A program made the translations under genes and the position numbers. This document shows, piece by piece, positions 8,945 to 18,159 of a stretch of 27,030 bases of DNA (its first letter is position 1; each line of letters opens with the position of its first letter). The notes beneath the pieces were generated by a model. The model did no database searches and was not told the DNA's origin. It saw only the letters and a list, made by a program, of their open reading frames with translations. Source of the DNA: a virus (Duplodnaviria > Caudoviricetes); IMG/VR virus record IMGVR_UViG_3300046705_000067, positions 1 through 27,030 of that record; one strand, given 5' to 3'.

Positions 8945-11008
8945 TTATTCTACTACATACTCTTGTACACAATGGCAATTCGGATGCGCATCTGCTGTGT
9001 GAGCGCTTACAAACGTGTTTGTATACTCTTTGCCATCTGTACCAACTATTGTTTGGTCAACCCCCCAGAATGTGTCAGACACATCTACTTCGGTTCCCTC
9101 TAGTGAGAGACATATCGGGCATGGGCTTGTTCCGGTGGTTTTCCACACCTTCTTTATGGTGTAACCAGTGTTGCGTTGGATGTCTTCCATTGAATGAACA
9201 CCTGCGCGGTTCTGCGCTCGGTTTACTTCGCTTACTGCAAGGCGTGTGACACGGTAGCGCTCATCGATTAGTAGGGAAAGGTTAGATTTAATCTCAGCTA
9301 CGGTCAATCCCTGTGCTTGTCCAACTGCTAGGGTACGCCGTATGGCCTCCGCAGTGTCAGAGTTGAACCCACGGGCTACCATTCGCAAATACTGCGTGTA
9401 GGCGTCTCTCTGCGCCTGTGAGAGGGTAAATGCTGGTATGTTGTCTGTGCTAAGACCAGCACTGAACAGGATTTGCAAACCAACTGAGTGCTCAATAGCG
9501 CCCCGTAAGATAAGAAGTGGCACTAGAACACGCACCATAGCACTGGTAAGCTCATTATCCCACTCTTCGCTCTCCACGCTATCTCCAACAGCACGGCTTA
9601 CCTCTTGGTCGTACTCGTCTATAGCTTCATTCACTTGTCGGTTGAGGATGCTTTGCACTTCAAGCTCGATGTCCTGCTCGTAGCGGATGCGCTCAATTTC
9701 GGTAAGCTGCTTTGATACGGAGCGGTTGACAATGCTTTCCTCTTCTTGGCTAGGTAAGTCTTCTTCTTTCTCTGTCGTGATGTTTTCCTCAGCTTCAACT
9801 ACTACCTGTGCTGCTTGTAGGTTAGTGTAGGAGTCGTCAAGGCGTAGTGCTGTAACTGCTGACTCAACGGTATACCCAGCGCCAGTAAGTAGCATGAGTG
9901 ACTCAACTTCTAGCTTCTTAGCCTGTGCAACATCTCTGTTTTCCTCGGCGTTGTCAGGGGTCGGCATATTGAATGTGATTGCCTCACCAAACCCACCAGT
10001 AATTCGTACAAGCTCGTGACTGATCTTATCCCATATCTTGAAGGTAAGCGGACGCAAGGTGTAGTCAACAAATACACGCTCAGCTGTTCGTACTGATGCG
10101 TAGTTGGAGTTCTGGATGTGGCCACGGATCTCGCTTGGCACACCAAAGGCACTGTCTACTTTGTTGTTGACCGCTTCGAGGAGGTCTTTTAAGGCCATGT
10201 CTTTGTTCTGTGAGTTGAACGGCACCCACTCGATTTGTCCGCTCTGTGTCTGGCCGCTGTTATCCACTGGCACCCATGAGTAGGCAATGTTGTTGTTCTT
10301 CCCTGCGCCCTGGTGCTTGTCTATCATGGCTTGCTTGATGTCAAGGAACTGGTCGCGTGTCTTCGCGACGATACGGAACATACCAGCAGGTACGGCACCG
10401 TTCTTAAAGAAACCAGTCTGGTAATCTGCTATATAGTCGTCAAGGCGTGTCCAGCGTCGTGCAGCTCGTGAGGTTGAGTAGCCACCGGTGAGGTTGTATG
10501 GGTTGGCTGAGTTAATGGCAATGACTTCTCGCTCGTCGATGAGATCACCATTGCGTAGCTTGTATGTTTGGCGTCCTTCGTAAAGGTAAGGGGTGATACC
10601 TTCTAGGAATGTGAAGCCAGTAATTTGCTCGGCTCGCAATCCCCTGCTTGAGAGACTCCCCCGGTAATGAACACGAATGTACGTTACATCGTGAACGAGG
10701 TACATCAGCATCAGTGCTTCACGGAAGTCGTAGGCGCTCATCTCCCGGTTTGGGATACTGATCTTGTCAATGATGAGGCTGTCATCAACCACATCACCAC
10801 TAGAATTTACTGCATACGGCGCTACAGAGGCAAAACCCTGAACAATCTTACTAATGCTCGAGTAAGCATTCTCGTAGTCGTTGTGTTTGTATAAGCTGTA
10901 TGTTCCACTGCCCCCTACGGGGTTCCATAAGTTAGGGTTATAGTCCCCTGTGCTTTTTTCTGTGCTGTTCTTTGTGAACTTACTAAAGAGCGATTTTATT
11001 GGATTCAT
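8945..11008 (-). CDS. Portal protein fused to a MuF-like head morphogenesis domain
   Basis: FFKNGAVPAG, AFGVP and NYAS portal motifs. C-term RLAVSEVNRA, KKVW, CPIC and HPNCHC MuF motifs. Confidence 0.9.
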   Translation of the reverse strand: MNPIKSLFSKFTKNSTEKSTGDYNPNLWNPVGGSGTYSLYKHNDYENAYSSISKIVQGFASVAPYAVNSSGDVVDDSLIIDKISIPNREMSAYDFREALMLMYLVHDVTYIRVHYRGSLSSRGLRAEQITGFTFLEGITPYLYEGRQTYKLRNGDLIDEREVIAINSANPYNLTGGYSTSRAARRWTRLDDYIADYQTGFFKNGAVPAGMFRIVAKTRDQFLDIKQAMIDKHQGAGKNNNIAYSWVPVDNSGQTQSGQIEWVPFNSQNKDMALKDLLEAVNNKVDSAFGVPSEIRGHIQNSNYASVRTAERVFVDYTLRPLTFKIWDKISHELVRITGGFGEAITFNMPTPDNAEENRDVAQAKKLEVESLMLLTGAGYTVESAVTALRLDDSYTNLQAAQVVVEAEENITTEKEEDLPSQEEESIVNRSVSKQLTEIERIRYEQDIELEVQSILNRQVNEAIDEYDQEVSRAVGDSVESEEWDNELTSAMVRVLVPLLILRGAIEHSVGLQILFSAGLSTDNIPAFTLSQAQRDAYTQYLRMVARGFNSDTAEAIRRTLAVGQAQGLTVAEIKSNLSLLIDERYRVTRLAVSEVNRAQNRAGVHSMEDIQRNTGYTIKKVWKTTGTSPCPICLSLEGTEVDVSDTFWGVDQTIVGTDGKEYTNTFVSAHTADAHPNCHCVQEYVVE

Positions 11009-11034
11009 CAAGTAAGCCTTTTAACATTTATCCT

Positions 11035-11053
11035 TATTATAATTATAGCAGCT
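11035..11053 (-). promoter_or_regulatory. Promoter of the portal operon (extended -10)
   Basis: AGCTGCTATAATTATAATA, near-identical to 5737-5755. Confidence 0.6.
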
Positions 11054-11054
11054 G

Positions 11055-12257
11055 CTAGATGATGTCTTCTACGCCACCGTAGTCTATTGGCTTGAAACTT
11101 TCCTTGTGGGTAATGAAGTACCTCGAAGCATCCATGGCGTGGTTATACGCGTCTATTGGTATGTTTAGGCTCTTATCCTCTTTGTCTACCTTCCATGAGT
11201 AATTCAACACCTCCTCTTCAATATTGTGTGACCTAGCAGTATAATGTATCTTTAATCCTTGCAAGAGCTGTATACCGTTGTTGACAGAGTCCTTACCCTT
11301 AACCGCTGGGATGATAGTCAATCCCTCATCCCTCAGCTCATCATTGCTCTTAGGCTCTGCGCTATCTGGTACGACTAGCGGCGTGCCCCTTCCGTTGAGC
11401 ACCCGTGCTATCTCTTTGTTCTTCATACCACGCTGGTACAGCAGTTCATCCAGTATGTAGGAGTTATTCCACTTGTATATATCTATGGCTGCTGTAGGGT
11501 CATTTGTATAGCCATAGTCCAGGCCTGTGCCTAGATAGTCAGCTTCGGGAGGCAATTCTTCTATCTTCTCGAAGTCAGGGAATACTAGCCCCTTGAGGGT
11601 AGAAGGCATGCCTAGCCACTTGTGCTTGTATACTTCTGGTCGATGCTTTTTGTCGCTTTCCATCTCCTGTATGAGGTGATCAGCCATCCAGCCGTACTTG
11701 ATAGCGGTAGGGTAGTTGACATTCAATATGAGGCTGTTAGGGCGTCCCTCAACTACAAGGCGCTGGTGGATGGGGTCTTTATCCCTCAAGCGGTTGTAAG
11801 TGTAGAATATCTGTGAGCCATCCAGACGAACGGTAGGGGTGAGTATCTCAAGGCTAGCCTCTGTAATAGTTTGAGCTTCTTCAATCCAAGCTTCCGTGAG
11901 CCCCTCAATGGATTTGACGCTCTGTACATTGTTGTGTAGTCCCCTAAATATGAAGTCATAACCTGTGGGCTTGTATATGATTGAGTCCTTCGTAATATGG
12001 AAGCCTGCTAGCTTATGTTCATCGATAAGGTTCTCGAGCAATGACTTTGAGCTGTCCGCAATAGAGTTCTGATACTCACGGAAGCAACCTGCTCGCCCTT
12101 TCTTTGACATGGCACGAATAAGGAGTATGCGGGCTACTGTGTGCGACTTGAGCGAGTTACGGCCGCCGTAGATACATGCCTCGCGCCAATCACTGTCCAG
12201 AAGTCTTGCATACTCTGATGGTATGATTATATCTTTTGTGGTGTCAGAATTGTTCAT
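11055..12257 (-). CDS. terL: Terminase large subunit, PBSX family
   Basis: GGRNSLKS Walker A, WIEEA Walker B, GLDYGYTNDP and NHAMDASRY nuclease motifs. ATG 12257 has a GGGG SD. Confidence 0.95.
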   Translation of the reverse strand: MNNSDTTKDIIIPSEYARLLDSDWREACIYGGRNSLKSHTVARILLIRAMSKKGRAGCFREYQNSIADSSKSLLENLIDEHKLAGFHITKDSIIYKPTGYDFIFRGLHNNVQSVKSIEGLTEAWIEEAQTITEASLEILTPTVRLDGSQIFYTYNRLRDKDPIHQRLVVEGRPNSLILNVNYPTAIKYGWMADHLIQEMESDKKHRPEVYKHKWLGMPSTLKGLVFPDFEKIEELPPEADYLGTGLDYGYTNDPTAAIDIYKWNNSYILDELLYQRGMKNKEIARVLNGRGTPLVVPDSAEPKSNDELRDEGLTIIPAVKGKDSVNNGIQLLQGLKIHYTARSHNIEEEVLNYSWKVDKEDKSLNIPIDAYNHAMDASRYFITHKESFKPIDYGGVEDII

Positions 12258-12310
12258 TTTACCCCACTCGTTTGTACTGAGCCGTGATTTCCGGCACACA
12301 TGTTTTTATA

Positions 12311-12676
12311 TTATTCGTCTGATGATATACGTTCATCAATAATACGTACTGTAGGTGTCATACTGCCATCAGGACTAGTATGCTCCTGCTCGGTCTTCAA
12401 GCTAAACTCATCCTTCTTCTTACGCTCCAGATACTGTAGTGCCAGCTTAGGGTCACTAGAGAACGCCCCAGTTACAGCTTTGCGAGCCTTCATAACAGGG
12501 GTCTGCTTAAGGGCTTCTTTCCTCTGTAAAAACTCAGGATGCTTCTCTTGGTAATTGTACAGCGTCTTTTCACCTATATCAGCCCATAAACAAGCCTCTA
12601 TATCAGTACATCCCCAGGCGAACGCTTCTTCAAGCTTTGCTATTACTTCCTCAGTCATTACTGTTGGTCTTGCCAT
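12311..12676 (-). CDS. terS: Terminase small subunit
   Basis: MARPT...EACLWADIGEKTLYNY HTH and YLERK. Directly upstream of TerL. SD GGAGGGAG. Confidence 0.8.
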   Translation of the reverse strand: MARPTVMTEEVIAKLEEAFAWGCTDIEACLWADIGEKTLYNYQEKHPEFLQRKEALKQTPVMKARKAVTGAFSSDPKLALQYLERKKKDEFSLKTEQEHTSPDGSMTPTVRIIDERISSDE

Positions 12677-13145
12677 GATTACTCCCTCCATTTAGTTCCT
12701 TAACCCAATACGCTTGGTAAGTGCCAATACCATGTGTCCCACGATACTCACCTCTATAATCATAACCATGTTTCTTATAAAAAGACTCCGCATTATGGCT
12801 ATCGACTGTAAATAGCTCAATTTGGGTACAAGTGCTGAACGAGCTAATTGTGTAACTCTCAGCAAACTTTAAAAGAATGCTTCCAAGACCTTTTCTCCGC
12901 TCAGAAGGCTTAACGTAAAGGTTTTTAATGTACATGCTAGATGTAGATGGTTGGTATTCGAGTACTATGAATGCCATATCACTGATGCATAAAGATGCAC
13001 GCAGCATGTCACCACCGCACTTGATATCATTTATCATTCCTGTGGGACTTAGCTTCCTGTAGCCTTCTAAATCATGAAGCAATGAGCTCTTTATGCTCTT
13101 CCAATCATCTGCATCCATGAACCGTACGTCTTTATCGCTAAACAT
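12651..13145 (-). CDS. GNAT-family N-acetyltransferase
   Basis: LYVKPSERRKGLGSILL (acetyl-CoA motif A) and AESFYKKHGY (motif B). Confidence 0.9.
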   Translation of the reverse strand: MFSDKDVRFMDADDWKSIKSSLLHDLEGYRKLSPTGMINDIKCGGDMLRASLCISDMAFIVLEYQPSTSSMYIKNLYVKPSERRKGLGSILLKFAESYTISSFSTCTQIELFTVDSHNAESFYKKHGYDYRGEYRGTHGIGTYQAYWVKELNGGSNHGKTNSND

Positions 13146-13147
13146 AA

Positions 13148-13846
13148 CTAATCCTTTCGTTCTTTCTCTATAACCCGTTTAACCCGCTTCATCATATCTC
13201 GCTTAGCTGCTACTGCTTTAGCCTTCTCTGCCCTCTTTGGTAACACTGTACGTGCATGGCTGTCTGGTCGTCGTAGATAGGTAGTACATGCTCTCTCAGT
13301 TGCTTGGAACCTTGCACCGTTCTCTACCATAGATGCTACGAATGGATAGTTGGGGTAGTCGTTCTCTACATAAGGTGACATTTCCCAGAACTTCCTTCTA
13401 AAAGGTGAGTGGCCAACAATGAAACCTCTCATGTTGTGATTGTATAAGTCGTTAGGCGTACGTGCCTTATGAAATCTACTTGGCTTACCTAGCCCCTGTG
13501 TGTTCCATGCAATAGAAATGTAGTCTGCTCTGCGGTTGTACTTCTTGTATTCCTCTATAGCGTGTGGCTCTATCTTATCATCTACTGATAGATACTGCAC
13601 CCATGTGGTAGTGGTCTTACTAACGGCGATGTTACGGAGCTTACCCATGCTAGGCTTTGCCTTGTATTCGTACACTTGTAGGTGGGGAAGGATTTGCTTT
13701 GCTCTTTTTATGTCTGCTTTGTGATCTTGTCCTAGTACAACAATTACTTCCTTGGGTTGTATGGTCATCTCAGATATGAATTTACACCATTGCGGTAGGA
13801 ACTTGCCGTATCCTTTGTATGCTATTGAGACGAGCGCTATGTTCAT
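13148..13846 (-). CDS. Glycosyltransferase family 2 (GT-A fold)
   Basis: EVIVV, MGKLRNIAV and YLSVDD (DxD-like). Confidence 0.8.
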   Translation of the reverse strand: MNIALVSIAYKGYGKFLPQWCKFISEMTIQPKEVIVVLGQDHKADIKRAKQILPHLQVYEYKAKPSMGKLRNIAVSKTTTTWVQYLSVDDKIEPHAIEEYKKYNRRADYISIAWNTQGLGKPSRFHKARTPNDLYNHNMRGFIVGHSPFRRKFWEMSPYVENDYPNYPFVASMVENGARFQATERACTTYLRRPDSHARTVLPKRAEKAKAVAAKRDMMKRVKRVIEKERKD

Positions 13847-13867
13847 GATGTTACCCCTTTCATTATG

Positions 13868-14509
13868 CTATTCCACCACTACTGTATCGATTAGTCTACG
13901 CGTCTTGATGATATTTTCTTTATGAGGATATCCTATAGCAACACAACCTGTGAAAATAGCCTTATCCCATGTCTGTGGCTTGAACATCTTGTAGAAATAT
14001 TCTCTGTTATGCTTACGCACCTGTGGATTAACGAATGCTGTGTGTAACCCTAGTGAAGTAGCCACAAGCATAGCAGTTTGAGCCATTACCCCACAGTCCA
14101 GAAAGCTATTGTATTCTACTTCATCTCCGTTGTCTCCACCCTTGTAAGCCTCAGGGTTAGCGAAGAACATTATAACTGTTGGTGCTCTATGTATCCATGC
14201 GACTCCACCGATTGCCATCCCTCCTAATAGTTCTTTTTCATCTCGACTCTGAATAATCTTAGCCCTGACCCCAAATCTGTCACATGAGTTAGGGCAATGT
14301 CGTAGTGCATCAAGCAGTTTGCTCAATACTTCTGACTCTACTTGCTTATCATCAAAACGCCTATTGCTATGTCGCTCCTTGACCAGCTCGATCAATTCGT
14401 CACGTTTACCACCTGGGTGTGTTTGGTGGGCAATATAACGTGCTTGGAAGTCATCTAGCGGCACGTCCTTGATATCACCGCCTGTACTCCCCTTTTGCTC
14501 AGATTTCAT
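13868..14509 (-). CDS. Nitroreductase-family flavoprotein
   Basis: RHSNRRF, CPNS, LDCGVMAQTAMLVATSLGL and AIGYP. Confidence 0.9.
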   Translation of the reverse strand: MKSEQKGSTGGDIKDVPLDDFQARYIAHQTHPGGKRDELIELVKERHSNRRFDDKQVESEVLSKLLDALRHCPNSCDRFGVRAKIIQSRDEKELLGGMAIGGVAWIHRAPTVIMFFANPEAYKGGDNGDEVEYNSFLDCGVMAQTAMLVATSLGLHTAFVNPQVRKHNREYFYKMFKPQTWDKAIFTGCVAIGYPHKENIIKTRRLIDTVVVE

Positions 14510-15221
14510 ATGGGCTTCTTTCTTTTAGCTTACTCCGTATATACCTTCCTATCTCTCCAGAGTGGAATGAGGTGTCTAGGGTACTTAGGATTGGGTACTT
14601 CTCAAAGTTATCATCCTTACCTATATATTTTACATCTTTGTGCATTTCACCACCTAATTTGAAGATGTTTCCATAAAGACTACGACTTAGGAGTACTTGG
14701 TTGTTCCTTAGGTACAGATGGCGGAGTTCACTAATGACAAGGCGTTTTGTTTTGTTCATCACCATCGGTGTGTGAAGATTGTAATCGACTGGGTTGGTGA
14801 CTCCCTTAGCCGTAAGATAGTCATGTGTGGCTTTGTACGCTCTTACATACCTTTTGTTAGGAGATATTTTCATCCTACGGTTGTATTCGTTCATGAGTGT
14901 GTCCATGTACCAGTTTGGTATTGTGTCCATCTTCTCCATGATAAATATATCATCGGCCATTAGTATGAAGTTCTCCGATACCTCAGGATGCGTGCACGCG
15001 TTAACAACGTTTTGCTCTGCATCTATGTACCGATTGTTTTGTACTGACCTTCGTATCTTTGGGATATGTAGAATGTCTTTCGCGACGTATGACTTGTCGC
15101 CGGCTATGACTACCTTTCTGTGCGGTATGTTCATAATCCCACGTAGGGTGTAGCGTAATTCATCTTCACTCGGTGGTCGCTTGTAGGGGATTACAATATC
15201 CATCTCTGAGAGGTCAGTCAT
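14499..15221 (-). CDS. Stealth-like sugar-phosphotransferase / glycosyltransferase
   Basis: DIVIPY, ELRYTLR, ENFILMADDIF and HTP resemble Stealth CR1-CR3 motifs. Confidence 0.7.
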   Translation of the reverse strand: MTDLSEMDIVIPYKRPPSEDELRYTLRGIMNIPHRKVVIAGDKSYVAKDILHIPKIRRSVQNNRYIDAEQNVVNACTHPEVSENFILMADDIFIMEKMDTIPNWYMDTLMNEYNRRMKISPNKRYVRAYKATHDYLTAKGVTNPVDYNLHTPMVMNKTKRLVISELRHLYLRNNQVLLSRSLYGNIFKLGGEMHKDVKYIGKDDNFEKYPILSTLDTSFHSGEIGRYIRSKLKERSPYEI

Positions 15222-15459
15222 AGCGTCTCCCCGTTGGTACTAATCGTATAGCGCTTCCACACCACATTGCTAGCTCCTCAATGTCTTTTATGCCATCATC
15301 TTGTATCATCCGTCGTATAAAGAGTAGGCGGCGTTTCCAGTGGTATTCTGTAGCCTCGAGTATGAATGACTGGTACTGGCTTGTTTTTACTATGACTAGG
15401 TCATTATCGAGTATAAAGGTAAGTTTTTCTGTTTTCCTTATATATGTCCCACTCATCAT
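15214..15459 (-). CDS. Hypothetical protein
   Basis: 81-aa ORF coupled to the next gene. TGGTATAAA upstream. Confidence 0.6.
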   Translation of the reverse strand: MMSGTYIRKTEKLTFILDNDLVIVKTSQYQSFILEATEYHWKRRLLFIRRMIQDDGIKDIEELAMWCGSAIRLVPTGRRYD

Positions 15460-15529
15460 ATACTTTTTATACCACTAACCGCTTATCTTTTCAAGTAATC
15501 TATCTAGCCAGCTCTTCTGCTTCTTTTTC

Positions 15530-16024
15530 TTAGTCCCGTTTGACTTGTTTGCCATGGTTCAGCCCTCCTAGCATGTTTAGCATGTCCATCTGTGCTTCAC
15601 GGTCACGTTTGTCATCTTTTCCCACTTCGTACTTGGTCACAATCTCACCATCAAGAAAGAATAAAGTAACACGCTTACAATAGCCATCTTTGTTTACGAA
15701 GTCGTATAACTGCTTGTGGCGCGGTGCAATCGTTAGGATGGGGAAAGGTACGGATTTATCACCAAAGAACACGTCATGGGCTTCTGGTGAGTCTGTAGAG
15801 CCTGCGTAGAGCTCCACGCCACTCTTCTTTATTGATTCGTAGTCCTCAGCTGCTTCGAATATCTCTTGCGTGCAAATAGGTGTCCAGTTTTTAGGGTAAA
15901 GCATGATAGCTGTTGGTTTCTGTAGGTCAACTATAAGTTTCAGCCCGTTATTTACTGAGTACACTGACCCATCATTATAGCCTTCAAAGGATGCTGTTGA
16001 TATTTTTGAGGTTTTCCGTGGCAT
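15530..16024 (-). CDS. Peroxiredoxin (AhpC/TSA family)
   Basis: YPKNWTPICTQE (PxxxTxxC peroxidatic Cys), STDSPEAH and KRVTLF. Start re-assigned to MPRKTSK. Confidence 0.85.
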   Translation of the reverse strand: MPRKTSKISTASFEGYNDGSVYSVNNGLKLIVDLQKPTAIMLYPKNWTPICTQEIFEAAEDYESIKKSGVELYAGSTDSPEAHDVFFGDKSVPFPILTIAPRHKQLYDFVNKDGYCKRVTLFFLDGEIVTKYEVGKDDKRDREAQMDMLNMLGGLNHGKQVKRD

Positions 16025-16232
16025 TCCCACTCTCCTTGCAGTAGACAAAAGGCTTAGATACACCAAACTTTTCGCTTAGTTCTTTAGCCTCCTGTCGGTT
16101 ATTTTTGTTGCTAGACGTTCCCTTTAGGTGGAGCATATGCCCGTTACGGCTGCACCACCTTCTTAACTCACGAACTGTGTTACCAAATTGCCCACAAGAC
16201 GTACAACGCTCTGCGTATAATACTATGTTCAT
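15984..16232 (-). CDS. Glutaredoxin/thioredoxin-fold CxxC protein
   Basis: IVLYAERCTSC and a cis-Pro-type KPFVY. 82 aa. TAGTATAAT upstream. Confidence 0.65.
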   Translation of the reverse strand: MNIVLYAERCTSCGQFGNTVRELRRWCSRNGHMLHLKGTSSNKNNRQEAKELSEKFGVSKPFVYCKESGNATENLKNINSIL

Positions 16233-16253
16233 GGTTCTATTATACTACAAATG

Positions 16254-16276
16254 AAAACCCACCTCTATGGGTGGGT
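16254..16276 (-). terminator. Intrinsic terminator ending the early operon
   Basis: ACCCACC-catag a-GGTGGGT followed by TTT. Confidence 0.7.
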
Positions 16277-16318
16277 AAACATCGTGTCTTGACAGGACTA
16301 AGCAACTCTCCGTCTGCA

Positions 16319-16525
16319 TTATACATCATGCGCTTTAGCCACAGCAAGCGACACCGTCTCTAGTAGTACACCTCCATAGCCAGATTGTATGAACTCTAGC
16401 GCATCATCAATGCTACTGAATCTTTCAACCTGTGTTGTGGTTATGACTGTTGGAACACTAATTCCATTTCCCATAGAGTTGCTAATCGTCATCTCTTCTT
16501 CGTATAAGACTACGTATTTACTCAT
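16319..16525 (-). CDS. Hypothetical early protein
   Basis: 68-aa ORF in an overlapping gene chain. Confidence 0.65.
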   Translation of the reverse strand: MSKYVVLYEEEMTISNSMGNGISVPTVITTTQVERFSSIDDALEFIQSGYGGVLLETVSLAVAKAHDV

Positions 16526-16724
16526 ACTTATCCTCTAGCACTACCCTACCTATCTGATAAGTAAGATCGTTTTTAATTTCTGTATAGCTATTCATCTTTA
16601 TAGTAGCAATCGAGTTCAGCACAGGGTCGTCCTCAGACAGAACAACTCTGAGCCACTTGCTGCCTTCAACGTCAGCTTTTTTGTATTCCTTAATTAGATC
16701 TTGTAAACCTAGTTTCGTTTTCAT
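16518..16724 (-). CDS. Hypothetical early protein
   Basis: 68 aa, SD AAGGAG. Confidence 0.7.
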   Translation of the reverse strand: MKTKLGLQDLIKEYKKADVEGSKWLRVVLSEDDPVLNSIATIKMNSYTEIKNDLTYQIGRVVLEDKYE

Positions 16725-16726
16725 AT

Positions 16727-16789
16727 TTACTCCTTATCTTCATGATCTTCACAAGCACCATCACCATATATGCAGTAGCAGACGTTCAT
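16727..16789 (-). CDS. 20-aa Cys-rich micropeptide
   Basis: MNVCYCIYGDGACEDHEDKE fills the gap in the gene chain. Confidence 0.4.
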   Translation of the reverse strand: MNVCYCIYGDGACEDHEDKE

Positions 16790-16799
16790 CTTAGCCCAA

Positions 16800-16889
16800 T
16801 CACTTCAAAGCCCAGATCACAAGCGCAATCCCCGCAAGTATGGCAAAGAATATTAATGCCATTCCTGCTGATTCCCAGAAGTCTTTCAT
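16800..16889 (-). CDS. 29-aa single-TM peptide
   Basis: MKDFWESAGMALIFFAILAGIALVIWALK, with ATGA overlap and SD AAGGA. Confidence 0.65.
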   Translation of the reverse strand: MKDFWESAGMALIFFAILAGIALVIWALK

Positions 16890-17188
16890 GACTGTTCCTT
16901 GTCTTTGGTGAGTTCAGCTAGATAGGCTTCTTTCTCATCGATATAGGGGCCAAGTATTTGTCTAATAAATGGTGATGTACTTATCATATATCCCTTGAAG
17001 CGCTTTGCTGTTTCTATCTGCGCCTTCACTACTGCTTGTTCACGGTCATGACGGATGAGCTGCATAATCTCGTCGGGCTTGCCCAGCATGTTATCGGACA
17101 TGAAGTGATCTGGCGTGTCACCATGTATGATGCGCTTAATTTTATCTCGCAACTCTTCCTCTGTGGTTGGGGGTTGGTTATTTGTCAT
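16886..17188 (-). CDS. Hypothetical early protein
   Basis: 100 aa. N-terminus resembles that of 17595-17993. Confidence 0.7.
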   Translation of the reverse strand: MTNNQPPTTEEELRDKIKRIIHGDTPDHFMSDNMLGKPDEIMQLIRHDREQAVVKAQIETAKRFKGYMISTSPFIRQILGPYIDEKEAYLAELTKDKEQS

Positions 17189-17412
17189 AGAATATCCTTC
17201 ATCGGATTTATAACATACTTTAAATCTTTCAGCTCTATGGTCATCATCTTTCCTTCTCTGTCTACTGTTACTGCTGAGTCGTCCATACTCTCCCAGCTGT
17301 CGAGACCTATAACAACTCTGGGATCAACTGAACCATCTAGCTTAGCGTATTTGCCTATGACAACATCTCCTACCGATGGCTCCCACCGGCATGGAAGAGG
17401 TTTTTTACTCAT
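17185..17412 (-). CDS. Hypothetical protein (possible SH3-like barrel)
   Basis: 75 aa, VGDVVIG, SD AAAGGAG. Confidence 0.65.
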   Translation of the reverse strand: MSKKPLPCRWEPSVGDVVIGKYAKLDGSVDPRVVIGLDSWESMDDSAVTVDREGKMMTIELKDLKYVINPMKDIL

Positions 17413-17605
17413 CGCTACTTTCTCCTTTGGTTTTAGTGGTAAGGCGTCGGACGCGTTCTGCGATCGTCTTTGTTAATAGACCATTTGGCTTCAAGTCATC
17501 GCTAATACGACCACCTTCCTCTTGCTTAAAACAATCAAGACGGTTCTTCGCATAGAAAATCAATGCACACGAGATCTCTTCTTCGAGCGACAGTTTACTT
17601 GCCAT
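17405..17605 (-). CDS. Hypothetical early protein
   Basis: Start MASKL with SD AAAGGAG. Confidence 0.65.
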   Translation of the reverse strand: MASKLSLEEEISCALIFYAKNRLDCFKQEEGGRISDDLKPNGLLTKTIAERVRRLTTKTKGESSDE

Positions 17606-17993
17606 CGTTGTCTCCTTTGGTCGCTGTACCGTTGTACCAATGAGGTTCGACACTAACCTCGCCAACTAGTTGTTGTTTCATGCTGGTACGCATGTGCTGT
17701 ATTCCACTCAGTACCTGCTCTAGATCAAGATTGTGAAGATTTGTCCAGTCAATTAGGTGCGTTAAACCTATTATTCCACCTTTGAGTCTCGCCTCCACCA
17801 ACTCTCTCTCATGCTCTGCTTGTTGTGTGGCTAGGGCATTAGCAATTTCTCTATCGATGTACCTCTCAAGTGTATTTACCGCATAAGGGTTAACAGTGCC
17901 GTCGTTCAAGAGTCCAGTGCCTATAAAATCGCTTAGATCTCGTCTCCGCTTATCTCTCAGCTCCGACTGTGTTGGTTCTTGGTTACTTGTCAT
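17595..17993 (-). CDS. Hypothetical early protein
   Basis: 132 aa, SD GAGG. Confidence 0.7.
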   Translation of the reverse strand: MTSNQEPTQSELRDKRRRDLSDFIGTGLLNDGTVNPYAVNTLERYIDREIANALATQQAEHERELVEARLKGGIIGLTHLIDWTNLHNLDLEQVLSGIQHMRTSMKQQLVGEVSVEPHWYNGTATKGDNDGK

Positions 17994-18159
17994 GCTCTAC
18001 CTCTTTCTTAGCCCCACACTCACAAACAAATATTGAGGTGGGAGGGCGGTTCTTAACTCTATTGACTGTGAAGAATATGCCATATATTCTGCCTATCTCT
18101 TCTGTCCAACCTTCATCATACTTAGCTAGTTGCCAGGTGTGCTGTTCGTGTGCCATCAT
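17983..18159 (-). CDS. 58-aa protein with H..W / CECG putative metal site
   Basis: Manual translation MMAHEQHTWQ...FVCECGAKKEVEHDK, SD GAGGGAGG. Confidence 0.65.
   Translation of the reverse strand: MMAHEQHTWQLAKYDEGWTEEIGRIYGIFFTVNRVKNRPPTSIFVCECGAKKEVEHDK

Noticed and set aside
10983-11027. 14-codon out-of-frame uORF overlapping the portal start
   Set aside because: The portal ATG has its own well-spaced AAAAGG. The uORF is plausible by chance and has no further support.
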